DNA from: Candidatus Pacearchaeota archaeon
GTDB lineage: Archaea > Nanobdellota > Nanobdellia > Pacearchaeales > GW2011-AR1
Reading direction: 5' to 3'
Assembly: GCA_018303995.1 (NCBI GenBank)
Contig: JAGVXB010000013.1
Location: 27,490 to 91,489, forward strand
Length of the DNA stretch: 64,000 nt
Part shown: positions 1 to 10,707 of the stretch, one piece after another
Layout: every line of letters starts with the position of its first letter
Numbering within the stretch: position 1 is the first letter of the stretch
Notes under the pieces: model-generated
What the model saw: the letters and a program-made list of their open reading frames with translations, nothing else
What the model was told of the DNA's origin: nothing
Databases searched by the model: none
Translations under genes and position numbers: made by a program

Positions 1-1017
1 GCCCATTCTTCTCTTTCTTTTCGAGAATTCTTCAACAGCCTCGCGAAGTTGCACAGGTCCAAAATCAGGAAAATGCACATCTGTAAAATAAAACTCACTA
101 TAAACTGATTGGTAAGGCATGAAACCACTAAGACGTTTTTCACCAGACGTGCGTATTATCAAATCAGGATCAGGAATTCCAGCAGAATCTAAATAATTTC
201 CTAAATTCTCTTCTGCAACTTCAGAGACTCCAGACTTAATTGCTTTATTTAGAGCACGCACAATCTCATCACGTCCTCCATAATCTAAACAAATCTGCAA
301 ATTAAAATCTGAAAAATCTTTGGTTCTCTCTTCAAGTTTCTCAATAACTTGCACTAATTCTTTAGGCAATCTATCTTTTCTGCCAAGATGCCTAAATCTA
401 ATTTTATCTTTAATTAAATCGTCCTCAATTTTTACAAGAAGACCATTCATTAATTCAAAAAGCGAATCTACTTCTTTTTTACTTCTGCTCCAGTTTTCAG
501 TAGAAAAACCCCATAATGTAAAATATTTAATTCCAATTTTTTCAGCTTCAGAAAGTAATAATTTCAAATTTTCATAAGCCCCAGCTTTCTTATGTCCTTC
601 AAGTTCGTCGAGTCCATGTTTCTTAGCCCAACGACGATTTCCGTCAGGAATAATCGTAACATGTAAAGGAACTGCCTTTCCAATTCCAAGTAACTGCTTC
701 CCTAAATTAATAAAACTAGATTTCTGATCTAAAATAAATCCTTTATCTACTACAATTTCAAAAACAGAAAAATCTTTAGTCTTCTTTCTCCAATTATAAG
801 AAAATCCTTCAATTTTAGCAAGCAACGAGCCTTTCTGCAACAGTGCCATAAACTCTTCCAACTTATCTCGCTCACCCTGAGCAATTACAATAACACTTCC
901 ATCAGGCCTATTAGCAACATAACCAAAAATCCCAAATGAATCGGCAGTTTCCTTAACAAAATGCCTAAATCCAACAGCTTGAACCCGACCAAAAATTTCT
1001 ACTTTAACTTCAATCAC
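1..1017 (-). CDS. uppS: Acylphosphatase / undecaprenyl(polyprenyl)-diphosphate synthase fusion (3' end runs off window)
   Basis: Not in the ORF track; translated by hand. GTG start overlaps the NUDIX stop (GTGA) after a GGAGG SD. N-terminal VIEVKVEIFGRVQAVGFRHFV...GYVANRPDGSV is acylphosphatase. It continues in frame into cis-prenyltransferase motifs HVTIIPDGNRRWA, WGFSTENWSR, DYGGRDEI and DPDLIIRTSGEKRLSGF. Confidence 0.92.
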   Translation of the reverse strand, partial: MIEVKVEIFGRVQAVGFRHFVKETADSFGIFGYVANRPDGSVIVIAQGERDKLEEFMALLQKGSLLAKIEGFSYNWRKKTKDFSVFEIVVDKGFILDQKSSFINLGKQLLGIGKAVPLHVTIIPDGNRRWAKKHGLDELEGHKKAGAYENLKLLLSEAEKIGIKYFTLWGFSTENWSRSKKEVDSLFELMNGLLVKIEDDLIKDKIRFRHLGRKDRLPKELVQVIEKLEERTKDFSDFNLQICLDYGGRDEIVRALNKAIKSGVSEVAEENLGNYLDSAGIPDPDLIIRTSGEKRLSGFMPYQSVYSEFYFTDVHFPDFGPVQLREAVEEFSKRKRRMG

Positions 1018-1505
1018 TTTACTCCTCCAATTAATAAATTTTTCAATGAATCTAACTGAAATTTCCTATACTCAACATTATACTCATCAAATGGCCCAGA
1101 TTTAATAATATTAATAGCATCAGAAATTTTGATTAATTTATCTCCTTTCCAAAAATCTTCTTCTTTTCTATCAATCTCGATAAATCTGTCTATCTCTCCA
1201 ATAAAAAAATGCATATCTTCTCCCTGAAACTGCAAATATCTTTTTTTCTGCTTATCAGTCTTAGCCCAATTAGGACTCCAAACAAAATGCAAGTTCCCAA
1301 TTTTCCGTAAACTTTTAATCACAGCACCAGTTTCTTCCAAAGTTTCTCTAATAATAGCATCTTTAACATCCTCGTTTTCATCAACCCCCCCACCAGGAAA
1401 CATCAGAAAACCTTCCATCTCTTTAGCTAATACACACCCATTATTATCAACAAAATAACCTTCACAATTCTTCCTAAAAGGCAATCCAAGTCTATTCAAG
1501 GTCAT
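1014..1505 (-). CDS. NUDIX hydrolase
   Basis: Nudix box PGGGVDENEDVKDAIIRETLEETG. Confidence 0.9.
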   Translation of the reverse strand: MTLNRLGLPFRKNCEGYFVDNNGCVLAKEMEGFLMFPGGGVDENEDVKDAIIRETLEETGAVIKSLRKIGNLHFVWSPNWAKTDKQKKRYLQFQGEDMHFFIGEIDRFIEIDRKEEDFWKGDKLIKISDAINIIKSGPFDEYNVEYRKFQLDSLKNLLIGGVK

Positions 1506-2554
1506 TTCACTCTCTCCATCAAAGCACTTCTAAACTTATCCAAATCTTCAGTAATTATTCTAGCACCAACGGCATCCCTATGTCCCCCACCAGTCGCCTT
1601 ACCAATAAGAGGCAATATCTCTGCAAGTATTTTCTGAACATTATCTCCTCTTAAAGAAACATTAGTCATTGGTCCAGCACTATAAGTAACACAAATATAA
1701 TGTTTAGGAAATAAATAAGACAACTCATTAGACAAATCAGAACTGATACTCATCTGCCCACTATAATTATAGAAAAGTAATTTATCTCCTGCAACAGTCT
1801 TAGCCTCTTCAAGCAAAACATTATATTTCTTAAGAGTATCTTTATACTTAGTACCAAATGCGCTCTTACTCTCAAGTTCCTGCCCAATATCATAAGGAGT
1901 TTTGCAAGAAATTAAAAAATTCTGCAACTGAACAACATGACTTATCGAATCTTTTAATCCAAAGCTAATAGCTCGAGCAAATCTACCTATGCCTGTGGTA
2001 TAAAGCGCTTGAAATGGCTTCGTAATGTCTTTTCCCCACAATATACCATAACGTTCAACAAAATCATCAACAATATCAGGCATATAATGATCAGCGATAC
2101 ATCCAATCATAACTAACCAAATATCTTCTGCGCGTTTAGTAGCACTATAGCATAAATAAGTCGTAGGCTCAGAACTTTTTTTCTTTCTGTGAGATGGATT
2201 ATAAGAATGTAACATATTGTAAGAATACTTTTCAACTACAACATCATGATGATCTATCCAAACAATAGGCAATTGAAGTAAAGAAATCTCATTTACAAAA
2301 TCTTGTCCAAGATTATGCCTATCTAAAACAAATACATAATCTCCATTAAGCTCTTGAACTCGTTTAGCATATCCAGCATCTATATTCGGATGCGATTTAA
2401 CAGCAACGCCTTTACCTCGTCCAATAAAACGACGTAATAAAACATAACTGCAAATCCCATCAACATCATTATCAAACAAGAAAATAGGATTTTGGGCTCT
2501 CTCTAAATGCGAGCGTATCTCAGAAAGCTGTTTCTTAGTTAACATAAATATCAA
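1502..2554 (-). CDS. DHH-family phosphoesterase (NrnA/RecJ-like, DHHA1 domain); likely start ATG at 2545
   Basis: Motifs DNDVDG, IDHH and GGGHRDAVG. Confidence 0.88.
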   Translation of the reverse strand: MIFMLTKKQLSEIRSHLERAQNPIFLFDNDVDGICSYVLLRRFIGRGKGVAVKSHPNIDAGYAKRVQELNGDYVFVLDRHNLGQDFVNEISLLQLPIVWIDHHDVVVEKYSYNMLHSYNPSHRKKKSSEPTTYLCYSATKRAEDIWLVMIGCIADHYMPDIVDDFVERYGILWGKDITKPFQALYTTGIGRFARAISFGLKDSISHVVQLQNFLISCKTPYDIGQELESKSAFGTKYKDTLKKYNVLLEEAKTVAGDKLLFYNYSGQMSISSDLSNELSYLFPKHYICVTYSAGPMTNVSLRGDNVQKILAEILPLIGKATGGGHRDAVGARIITEDLDKFRSALMERVK

Positions 2555-2577
2555 GGCAAAATAGGCTTTTTAATAGT

Positions 2578-5000
2578 TTAGAAAGCATAATATCTTGGCT
2601 CTTCAAAAGGCAACTCAACATCTGAAATGTAAGCCAAATCACTAACAGCATTCGCCTTTATCATCTGACTAGAGACCGTATAAAGAATATTATCCATAAA
2701 CAAAGAACGCTGAACATATCCGTTTCCATATCCCCATATCCATAATCATTCTCAACTTTTCCAGTCTTCTTATCATGATCAATTTTACCTTTCAAACTTA
2801 TATCTTCATCAGTAACAGTAAATGCAAATGCCCCTTGCCAATATTCCCATTTCTGCCCTAACTGCTCCGAATAAGTAACTGGAATTACAAGCAAGTCAAG
2901 AGCATCATCAAACAAAACAGCTTTATGTTCATATTCAGCTTCAGAATAAGACCAATCACTCTTAACTACATACTTATCAACTTCACGAGGATTTTCAAAA
3001 TCGGAAATATCAAAAAGAGAAATCTTCAGTCCCTGCGAACGACCTTCAAGACTAGCCTCACGACCAATCCCTAAAAGCAAGTTATCTCCAATAGGCTGTA
3101 AATAATTAGAAAATCCTGTAACTTTCAAATAACCTAATATTTCAGGCTCCGTAGGGTCAGATAAATCAATAACATAAAGAGGATCTACTTGTCTAAACGT
3201 AACCATATATGCTTTATCACCGACAAAACGAGCAGAATAAATTCTCTCTCCTTGAGCAATATCTTCAACTGAGCCAATTATCTCTAAATCATCATTAAGA
3301 ACATACAAATGATTTAACGAATTCCCGATACCTGAAAAACCTCCAGTCGTAGTAGCAATCCTAAAATTACCTTCAAATTCATCCATAGAAAACTGATTCA
3401 ATATATATCCAGGAACATCAGAAGTTCCCGAGTAAGCTACATCAAGTCCATCAATACTGATTCTATGAATTACAGTTTTCTCATAACTCTTTGAAACATC
3501 AACATAATATTGATTATTAGCCTTAGCTAGTTTTTCTTCAAAATATTTCTTCTCAGTAGCAGAAAGCTTATTAAAATATTCCTGCATTATCTGATTTATC
3601 TTATCATATTTCACATAATGTTCATCGTTAGAATCAATAACCTTTCCAGCCCTATTCCCAAACTCTCCAGGCAAAGAATCTACCATAACTTGCAAAGCAC
3701 CAGCATCAACTTTAATATAATCATAACTCTTCTGGCTAGTCAAATAAATCGCATTTTCAGAAACATAAATAACACTATTTGCCCCAGTAAGGAAAACATC
3801 TCCTTCATAATCCAAATCTTCAATATCGATAGCCATTACCGAAGTAAAAATCAAATTAGATTCATAATAACCAGGATAATATATGCTACTTGCGTCAACA
3901 CTCTTAACATTATCTCCAGCCCTAAATACTGGAATTCCAGGAGCAGTAGAATCAATATACTTTGTTCCAATAACATAAACAATTCCATTAATCAATCTAG
4001 CAGAATAATAATTCCCATCTAAAACAAAAGTCTCAACCAAATCAAATTCGGCCCCAGATTCATCAGAACTAATATCATAAACGTGTATTCTAACTTCGGA
4101 ACTAGACTGTTGAGGAGCAACAAAATCAACTGCAACCTTTCCAGAAACAGAAACATCAAGCTCCGCACCTCTACCACTATAAATAGAATATCCGTAAGAA
4201 GATTCTATAACGATTAACTTTCCATCTTCAACAAATATACCATTAACTGAATTCTCGAACTCTAATTCGGAAACAATTTTCATAGACTTTGCTGGATAAG
4301 CATCAACGATTACAACTTTATTTCCATTAACTGTATAAATATACTTCCCATCATTTTTCACAATATCTAATTCGTCTACTCCGACAACTTGTATATTAGT
4401 CTCAGAATACGTAGAAGCACTAGCAGACTTACTAGCAAAAGAAACACCAGCACCACTATCTGCAGAAGCAGAAGCCTCAAAAGTACTTACAATTCCTCCA
4501 CGACCTAAACCTCCATATCCAGAACCAGTATTAGCTTTCTCAACATACTTAGAAAGATCATCATAAGAACTAAATTGTTTAAAATTATTAGTCGAACCAT
4601 TTTGCACATTAGTAGAATCATCAAACATAAAACCAATAGCAAGTAAAGCAATAACTCCGGCAACAAGCAATAAAGGCGCAATTCCTTTAATTATTCGTTT
4701 AGGAGAAATAACTATTCTTCTATTTGCAACTCTATAAGTAGGAGTCTTCTTACCTTTAACACTCCAAAAGAAATTAGACGACTTTTCAACAAGCCCAGAA
4801 ACAATTAACTTATCTATATTATAACCAACAGTATTCAAAGGAATTCCGAGCTTCAAAGCAATATCTGTAGCAGTCAACTCATTTTCGGCAAGTAAATCTA
4901 ATATCTTAACACACGTCTTATTAGACAAAGCTTCTGCTACAAGTCCAGTCCTAGGATCACCAAGGTCAATGCTTATAGAGCTTTTAGTCATGAAAAACAT
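2578..5000 (-). CDS. ArsR-type HTH + transmembrane helix + extracellular Beta_propel-family domain; frameshift near 2732-2735, true stop probably 2578
   Basis: N-terminal wHTH (KILDLLAENELTATDIALKLGIPLNTVGYNIDKL), then TM segment LLLVAGVIALLAIGFMF. Beta-propeller family motifs follow: YSETNIQVVGVDELDIVKNDG, LNQFSMDE, GERIYSARF, TFRQVDPL. The shifted frame gives the family-typical ending YVQRSLFMDNILYTVS...YYAF*. Confidence 0.85.
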
Positions 5001-5120
5001 AAAGCAAAGCCATATTTAAACAAATCCAAGACTTCAAATACAATCGAACCATAAGACTCTAAAATAGATATTATAAAAACAAATACCTTTTATACCTTTA
5101 AACTCTTAAAAATAGAACCA

Positions 5121-8100
5121 ATGAAACCAACAATTCGTAATTTAATTGGACTATTAGGAATATTCACTATATTGGGAATATTATTTGTCTCACAAAGTTC
5201 ATTAGCGAAAGAAGAAAACAACTATGATAATTTCTGGAAATATGAAGGAAAAATTGATGAAATCCAAATTTTACAACTTTTTGAAGGAAAAATAACTGGA
5301 AACTCAATATTAAACAATGAAAAAGAAAACAATATATTCATTGAACCAGATATATATAATCAACTAGAAGAAAAAGACAAAACAACAGTTATTATTAAAT
5401 TAAAAGACAATTTTAACTCTTACGACCTAGAAGAAATAAAAAAGAAATCAAAGGAAAATATAGATAAAATTCTATCAACATTAAATCTAGAAATAGAAGT
5501 TCAAATCTCCCAAAGTGAAAAAACTGAAGATTTACAAAAAAATCCAGATGAAACAAATGTTGCAGAGCTAGATAAGTCAGAAAATACCGAATTAAAAGAA
5601 GATTCCAACAACTTTGAATTATTATATAAATATGAATCTCTAAATGCTCTGGCAGGCAAAATAAATAAAGAAGGTCTTGAAATTTTAAAAAATAGCAACT
5701 TAGTAGAATCTGTATACTCAGAAAAAATTTTGCAGACTACTTTACAACAAAGTGTGCCTTTAATCAATGCAACACGAGTATGGAGTACAGTAACTTCATC
5801 AGGAAACTTAACAGGATCAGGACAAACAGTTTGTGTTGTTGATTCAGGAATAGACTATACCCATCCAGCATTAGGGGGTTGTTTAGGAACAAACTGCAAA
5901 GTAAAGGGCGGAATTGACTTCATTAACATGGACTTTGATCCTACTGATGATAGCGGTCATGGAACTCATGTTGCAGGCATTGTCGCAGCCAACAGCAACA
6001 CAATAAAAGGAGTTGCCCCTGATGCAAAACTAATCGCTGTAAAATCATGCAATGCGACAGGAAGCTGTCCAAACACTGCAATGATTGCCGGCGTAAACTA
6101 CTGCGTTTCTAATATGAATAATTTAGGAACAAATATTATCACTATAAGTATAGGTGATGGAGGCCAATATACATCAAGTAATTGTCCAACATGGATGGAT
6201 TTCGCAATTAACTTTGCCACTTCCTTAAATATTCCAATGACCATAGCTTCTGGAAATGAAGCTCACAAAAGCGGAATATCTTATCCTGCTTGCTCACCAA
6301 ATGCAATTTCGGTAGGAGCAACTTATGATGCAAATGTTGGTTTGAGATCATCCTCGGTTTGTACAGATTCAACAACTTTTGCAGATAAAGTAGCATGCTT
6401 CTCAAATAGTGGAAGCAATTTAGATGTGATGGCTCCTGGAACAATAATAACTTCAACTGCATCCTCAACAGGAAGTAGATGCGGAGCCCCAAATCCCCAA
6501 GGCTTAGGAAATTGTTCAGGAACTTCTATGGCAACTCCTCATGTCGCAGGAACAATTGCTTTAATGAAACAACTAAATCCTACAATATCTCCAGCTGAAA
6601 TTGAAAGTAAACTAAAACAAAATGGAAAAAGTGTTACAGACCTTGGAAACAATCTCACATTTCAAAGAATTGATGCACTGAAAACAATTAACGATATTAT
6701 GCAAGTACCTTGGAGCCCAAACTACAATTTGGCAATCGGTACAGGCAACAACTTTGACAGTGTAATAGACTCAAATGGGAATTCACACATAATCAAAATA
6801 AACAATCTCAATCTTTATTATACAAAAACAGACAATAATGGAAATAAATTAATAAATAATATAGCAATAACAACAAACGCAAACATATCCGGAACTCCGT
6901 CAATAACTATAGACACAGTAAATAATATCCACATAGTCTGGGAAGACAATAGGAATGGAAATCCAGAAATTTATTATAAAAAGATAAATATTAATGGAAC
7001 AACAATAGTAAATGACACAAGAATAACTATTGATGGTTGGGAGTCACGAAACCCAAAAATTGCAGTTGACAACCTGCAAAAAGCCCACATAGTATTCCAA
7101 GACAATAGAAATTCAGGAAGATGGAGAATTTATTATGAAAAACTAAATGTAGACGGCTCTTCATTAATCAACGAATTTATTGTAGACAATCCGTCTCTAT
7201 GTACTCCTACATCCACCTGTCTTAATTATGCAAGAAATCCTTCAATATCTCTTGATAATCAAGGCAATGTATATTTAACATATGAGTTTATGTATTACTA
7301 TTACTATTTTCCTCCATATGCAACTCACGGTTATGAATATAAACTATATTATAAAAAACTAGACAATAATGGAAATTATATAACTGGAGATATAGTTCTA
7401 AGCTCACAAGGATTTGGTGCAATTCAACAAGTAGACTATACCAATATCTATGACGTAAAATCCAGACCAGACAATCAAGGCAATTTATATATTTTACGAA
7501 AAAATGGATTAAATATCAATCTTTCCTTTCCTGGTGGAAATCCAAATCTTCCTTATTATGACCATAGCTACGGATACGTTACCAACTTCTGGAAAATAAA
7601 TAGTTCAAATGGAGTTTCATGGGTAAGACCAGTATCTTCTTTAGCAAGATATGGATACAGATTCACAAGAGACAATCAAAATAATATTCATCTTACATGG
7701 AGCGATCCTAGAAATGGACAAGATGAAATTTATTATAAAAAAATAGATTCTAATGGAAATATAATTGTAAATGACCAAAGATTAACATTTGCATCAAGCC
7801 CTGCAATTTCGTCTGGATTTCCCACAATCAATATAGATTCTAATAAAGAATCTCATGTATCTTTCGCGAAGAACGGATTGATATATTACAAACGCACAAT
7901 GAACAATCTAAATCTTGAAATTCCTCAAAATGCAGTAATTGGAACAACAATTCCACTCCACATAAAAGACATAACTAGCCCCAACTCCTATTATGTTCTT
8001 GCATTATCTTATGGCTATTCACCTGGAATCCCATTGCCCGACGGAAGAATAGTAGCCCTAAACATTCCATTACTCACAAGCTTCCAAGGGTTTCTTGATT

Positions 8101-8243
8101 CAAACGGAAGAGCAACAGCTTACTTAGCCATCCCAAACAGCCCTCAAATAGTAGGAACTACTATATACGCCGCATTTGTAACTATAAATTCAACAGCCAT
8201 ACAATCAGTATCTCCTTACTTCCCAATACAAATAACAACTTAA
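5121..8243 (+). CDS. Secreted S8 subtilisin-like serine protease with propeptide, C-terminal repeats and terminal beta domain
   Basis: Signal peptide; catalytic triad VVDSG / HGTHVAG / GTSMATPHVAG; repeated HIxWxDxRNGxxEIYYKK units. Confidence 0.93.
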   Translation: MKPTIRNLIGLLGIFTILGILFVSQSSLAKEENNYDNFWKYEGKIDEIQILQLFEGKITGNSILNNEKENNIFIEPDIYNQLEEKDKTTVIIKLKDNFNSYDLEEIKKKSKENIDKILSTLNLEIEVQISQSEKTEDLQKNPDETNVAELDKSENTELKEDSNNFELLYKYESLNALAGKINKEGLEILKNSNLVESVYSEKILQTTLQQSVPLINATRVWSTVTSSGNLTGSGQTVCVVDSGIDYTHPALGGCLGTNCKVKGGIDFINMDFDPTDDSGHGTHVAGIVAANSNTIKGVAPDAKLIAVKSCNATGSCPNTAMIAGVNYCVSNMNNLGTNIITISIGDGGQYTSSNCPTWMDFAINFATSLNIPMTIASGNEAHKSGISYPACSPNAISVGATYDANVGLRSSSVCTDSTTFADKVACFSNSGSNLDVMAPGTIITSTASSTGSRCGAPNPQGLGNCSGTSMATPHVAGTIALMKQLNPTISPAEIESKLKQNGKSVTDLGNNLTFQRIDALKTINDIMQVPWSPNYNLAIGTGNNFDSVIDSNGNSHIIKINNLNLYYTKTDNNGNKLINNIAITTNANISGTPSITIDTVNNIHIVWEDNRNGNPEIYYKKININGTTIVNDTRITIDGWESRNPKIAVDNLQKAHIVFQDNRNSGRWRIYYEKLNVDGSSLINEFIVDNPSLCTPTSTCLNYARNPSISLDNQGNVYLTYEFMYYYYYFPPYATHGYEYKLYYKKLDNNGNYITGDIVLSSQGFGAIQQVDYTNIYDVKSRPDNQGNLYILRKNGLNINLSFPGGNPNLPYYDHSYGYVTNFWKINSSNGVSWVRPVSSLARYGYRFTRDNQNNIHLTWSDPRNGQDEIYYKKIDSNGNIIVNDQRLTFASSPAISSGFPTINIDSNKESHVSFAKNGLIYYKRTMNNLNLEIPQNAVIGTTIPLHIKDITSPNSYYVLALSYGYSPGIPLPDGRIVALNIPLLTSFQGFLDSNGRATAYLAIPNSPQIVGTTIYAAFVTINSTAIQSVSPYFPIQITT

Positions 8244-8298
8244 ACTATCTATAACAAACAACGAAAATCTTTAAATACCTATAATATCAGAATAAGAT

Positions 8299-8400
8299 AT
8301 GAATAAATGGTCTGAACTTCTTGTCGGATTGATTTTGGTTGTAGGAGCAATTCTAATTGCATACTACTCTCAAAACTGGGGTTCCTGGAACTTCTGGTGA
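8299..8400 (+). pseudogene. Truncated small membrane protein (MNKWSELLVGLILVVGAILIAYYSQNWGSWNFW*)
   Basis: TATA-like ctttaaata about 25 nt upstream and one clean TM helix. It ends abruptly while overlapping the 3' end of the convergent 179-aa ORF. Confidence 0.45.
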
Positions 8401-8909
8401 AGAACTTGAAGTTTATTTTTCTTTTTATCTACCATCCAAATACCCATACAGGCTAGAAGACCACTACTAAGAGCAAATGCAATTCCTAAACCAACATACT
8501 CAAAATAAGAAAAAACATTTTCTTGTTTCCAATCTTGATAAATAGCATAATCTGAACTATTTTTTAAAGTTTCGAATTCCCTTTTAAGACCATCAACATA
8601 AAGGTCTATTTTTAAAGGATCTATTAAATCAGGATTTCTTTCTGCAATCTGTCTCAGAGTATGTGTGAATATAGAACCTTTATACCTTAAGTCTTGTTCT
8701 ATTTTTGAATAGCTCACTACAGCAGGAAGACTTTTATATGGGTTCCTTGAACAATTTACAATTCCCACTAATCCAGAACCTATACTTATAGCAAGACCTA
8801 AACCCATCGCTAATAATTCTCCATGAAATAAGCGCTCGGTTAGTTTTTGATAGTTATTAATCGCTTGTTCTTGATCGGGCGTTTCGGTCATTTTATTTAT
8901 TTCCTCCAA
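8370..8909 (-). CDS. Hypothetical protein, two TM segments
   Basis: ORF with two hydrophobic helices; translationally coupled to the upstream gene (GGAGG). Confidence 0.7.
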   Translation of the reverse strand: MEEINKMTETPDQEQAINNYQKLTERLFHGELLAMGLGLAISIGSGLVGIVNCSRNPYKSLPAVVSYSKIEQDLRYKGSIFTHTLRQIAERNPDLIDPLKIDLYVDGLKREFETLKNSSDYAIYQDWKQENVFSYFEYVGLGIAFALSSGLLACMGIWMVDKKKNKLQVLHQKFQEPQF

Positions 8910-9285
8910 AGTTTTTTAGTAAGTATTTTGCTCTCTCAAATTTATTTCTATCTTCTTCGGTCGTTTCCACCCTCATAAGCCTATATCCTGGACCACCCAT
9001 CATAGCAGAGATAGGCATATTGACCAAGGTTTCATCAAGAACACCATCCTTGTTATTATCTGTGCAAACACGAGCCAGACCCATAGTATCTCCTATGTAA
9101 AACATTCTTCGGCTTTCCGTTTCCGAAACAGCAAACCCTTCTTTCATATCTCTAAATCTATTTTTAGTTACCAAAGCTTGACCTCCAAGAAAACTGTAAT
9201 AAATAGCCGCAATAAAAGCTCCAAATGCATACATACTTCTATTTTCGTTTGGGTTATTTTCTATTTCTGTATTTTTTTCTGTCAT
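8893..9285 (-). CDS. Hypothetical single-TM protein with DxxxDG motif (paralog of 9287..9655)
   Basis: CTDNNKDGVLD...GGPGY...RAKYLL shared with the neighbour. Confidence 0.75.
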   Translation of the reverse strand: MTEKNTEIENNPNENRSMYAFGAFIAAIYYSFLGGQALVTKNRFRDMKEGFAVSETESRRMFYIGDTMGLARVCTDNNKDGVLDETLVNMPISAMMGGPGYRLMRVETTEEDRNKFERAKYLLKNFGGNK

Positions 9286-9286
9286 T

Positions 9287-9655
9287 TTATTTCTCCTCAG
9301 GAGCCATACTTAGTAAATAGTTAGCTCTAGACAACCTCTTATAATCATCATCATTAGTTTTAACACGAATAGGAATATAGCCCGGACCACCTTGCAAAGG
9401 CCCTATAACTCCCTGAACAAACGTTGCATCAGGTACTCCGTCGTGATTATTATCTAAACAAAACCTACCATTTCCTAAGTAAAATAATCTTTCATCCCCT
9501 ATCTCTCTAACATTGTATCCCTCCCCCAACTGCCTAATATGGCTGTTTCTCCACACATTAACTCCAATCTGAAATGCAAAAGATCCAACCATAAAAAAAG
9601 GAATTGTAAATCCAATTTTTTCCATTAGTGTCCAAGGTTTATTTCTTTCTTCCAT
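9287..9655 (-). CDS. Hypothetical single-TM protein with DxxxDG motif (paralog of 8893..9285)
   Basis: CLDNNHDGVPD...GGPGY...RANYLL. Confidence 0.75.
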   Translation of the reverse strand: MEERNKPWTLMEKIGFTIPFFMVGSFAFQIGVNVWRNSHIRQLGEGYNVREIGDERLFYLGNGRFCLDNNHDGVPDATFVQGVIGPLQGGPGYIPIRVKTNDDDYKRLSRANYLLSMAPEEK

Positions 9656-9747
9656 AAAAGAGTGGTCTGTTTATATATAATAAATCTTTATACCAAATTT
9701 TTTATCTAAATGCAAATATTTATATATAATACTTAATTAAGGTAAAA

Positions 9748-10707
9748 ATGGATGAAAAAGATAAAAAAATATTATTTGAACTGGAAAAAAACTCTAGAAT
9801 TCCAATTAATAAGTTAGCTAAACACGCAGGTGTAAGCAAAGAAGTTGCTAACTATAGGCTTAGAAGATTTATAAAAAACAAAGTTATTCTTGATTTTTAT
9901 ACAATTATAAACATAGAACCATTGGGATTTTCAAGATATGGTTGTTTAGTCCAGTTAAAGAATGTGAATAACCAGTTAGAAAAAGAAATTATTGATTTCT
10001 TAATTAAACATGATTATGTAACCTATCTTGGACCAATAATTGGCAAATGGAACATGGCCTTTGACCTAATGGCAAAAGATAGAACCCAGCTTGAAAAAAT
10101 AATCAAAGAAATAAAATCTAAGTATCATCGTTTTATAGAGTCTTTTATAGTAATTAATAGTTCAGTTGAATTTAAATCTTTTCCTCTTAAATTTTTAGGG
10201 TATGAAAGATCAGAAAGTGTCAACACTCATTATAAGAAACTGAAAATAGATGATAAAGACATTAAAATTTTAAAACTGCTATCTGAAGATTCTAGAGCGG
10301 AATATAAACATCTATCCTCAAAACTAAGTCTCTCTGCTAACGCCGTAAAATACCGTATAAAAAATATGGAAAAATCTGGTTTAATCCAAGGATATTCTGT
10401 ATCTATAGATGTAAGAAAATTAGGATACTTTTGGCATAATATCCAAATAAAATTAATCAATGAAGAAAAAAGTGATAAAATAAAAGATTTCTTAAGAAAT
10501 CACAAAAATGTAATCTATTATTATAAACACCTAGGAAACGAAAATTGGGATATGGATATTGGAATTGTTGTAAGAGATACGCTAGCTCTTAGACAGTTCA
10601 TATTAGATCTTAGAGAGGAATTCGGAGAATTTATTAAACTTCATGATATCTATGCCAATGTGGAGATTGCTAAATCTAATATTGCTCCAAAAGGAATTTT
10701 TGAGTAA
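9748..10707 (+). CDS. Tandem double-domain Lrp/AsnC transcriptional regulator
   Basis: Two Lrp HTH-RAM units (DEKDKKILFELEKNSR...; DDKDIKILKLLSEDSR...). Confidence 0.9.
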   Translation: MDEKDKKILFELEKNSRIPINKLAKHAGVSKEVANYRLRRFIKNKVILDFYTIINIEPLGFSRYGCLVQLKNVNNQLEKEIIDFLIKHDYVTYLGPIIGKWNMAFDLMAKDRTQLEKIIKEIKSKYHRFIESFIVINSSVEFKSFPLKFLGYERSESVNTHYKKLKIDDKDIKILKLLSEDSRAEYKHLSSKLSLSANAVKYRIKNMEKSGLIQGYSVSIDVRKLGYFWHNIQIKLINEEKSDKIKDFLRNHKNVIYYYKHLGNENWDMDIGIVVRDTLALRQFILDLREEFGEFIKLHDIYANVEIAKSNIAPKGIFE

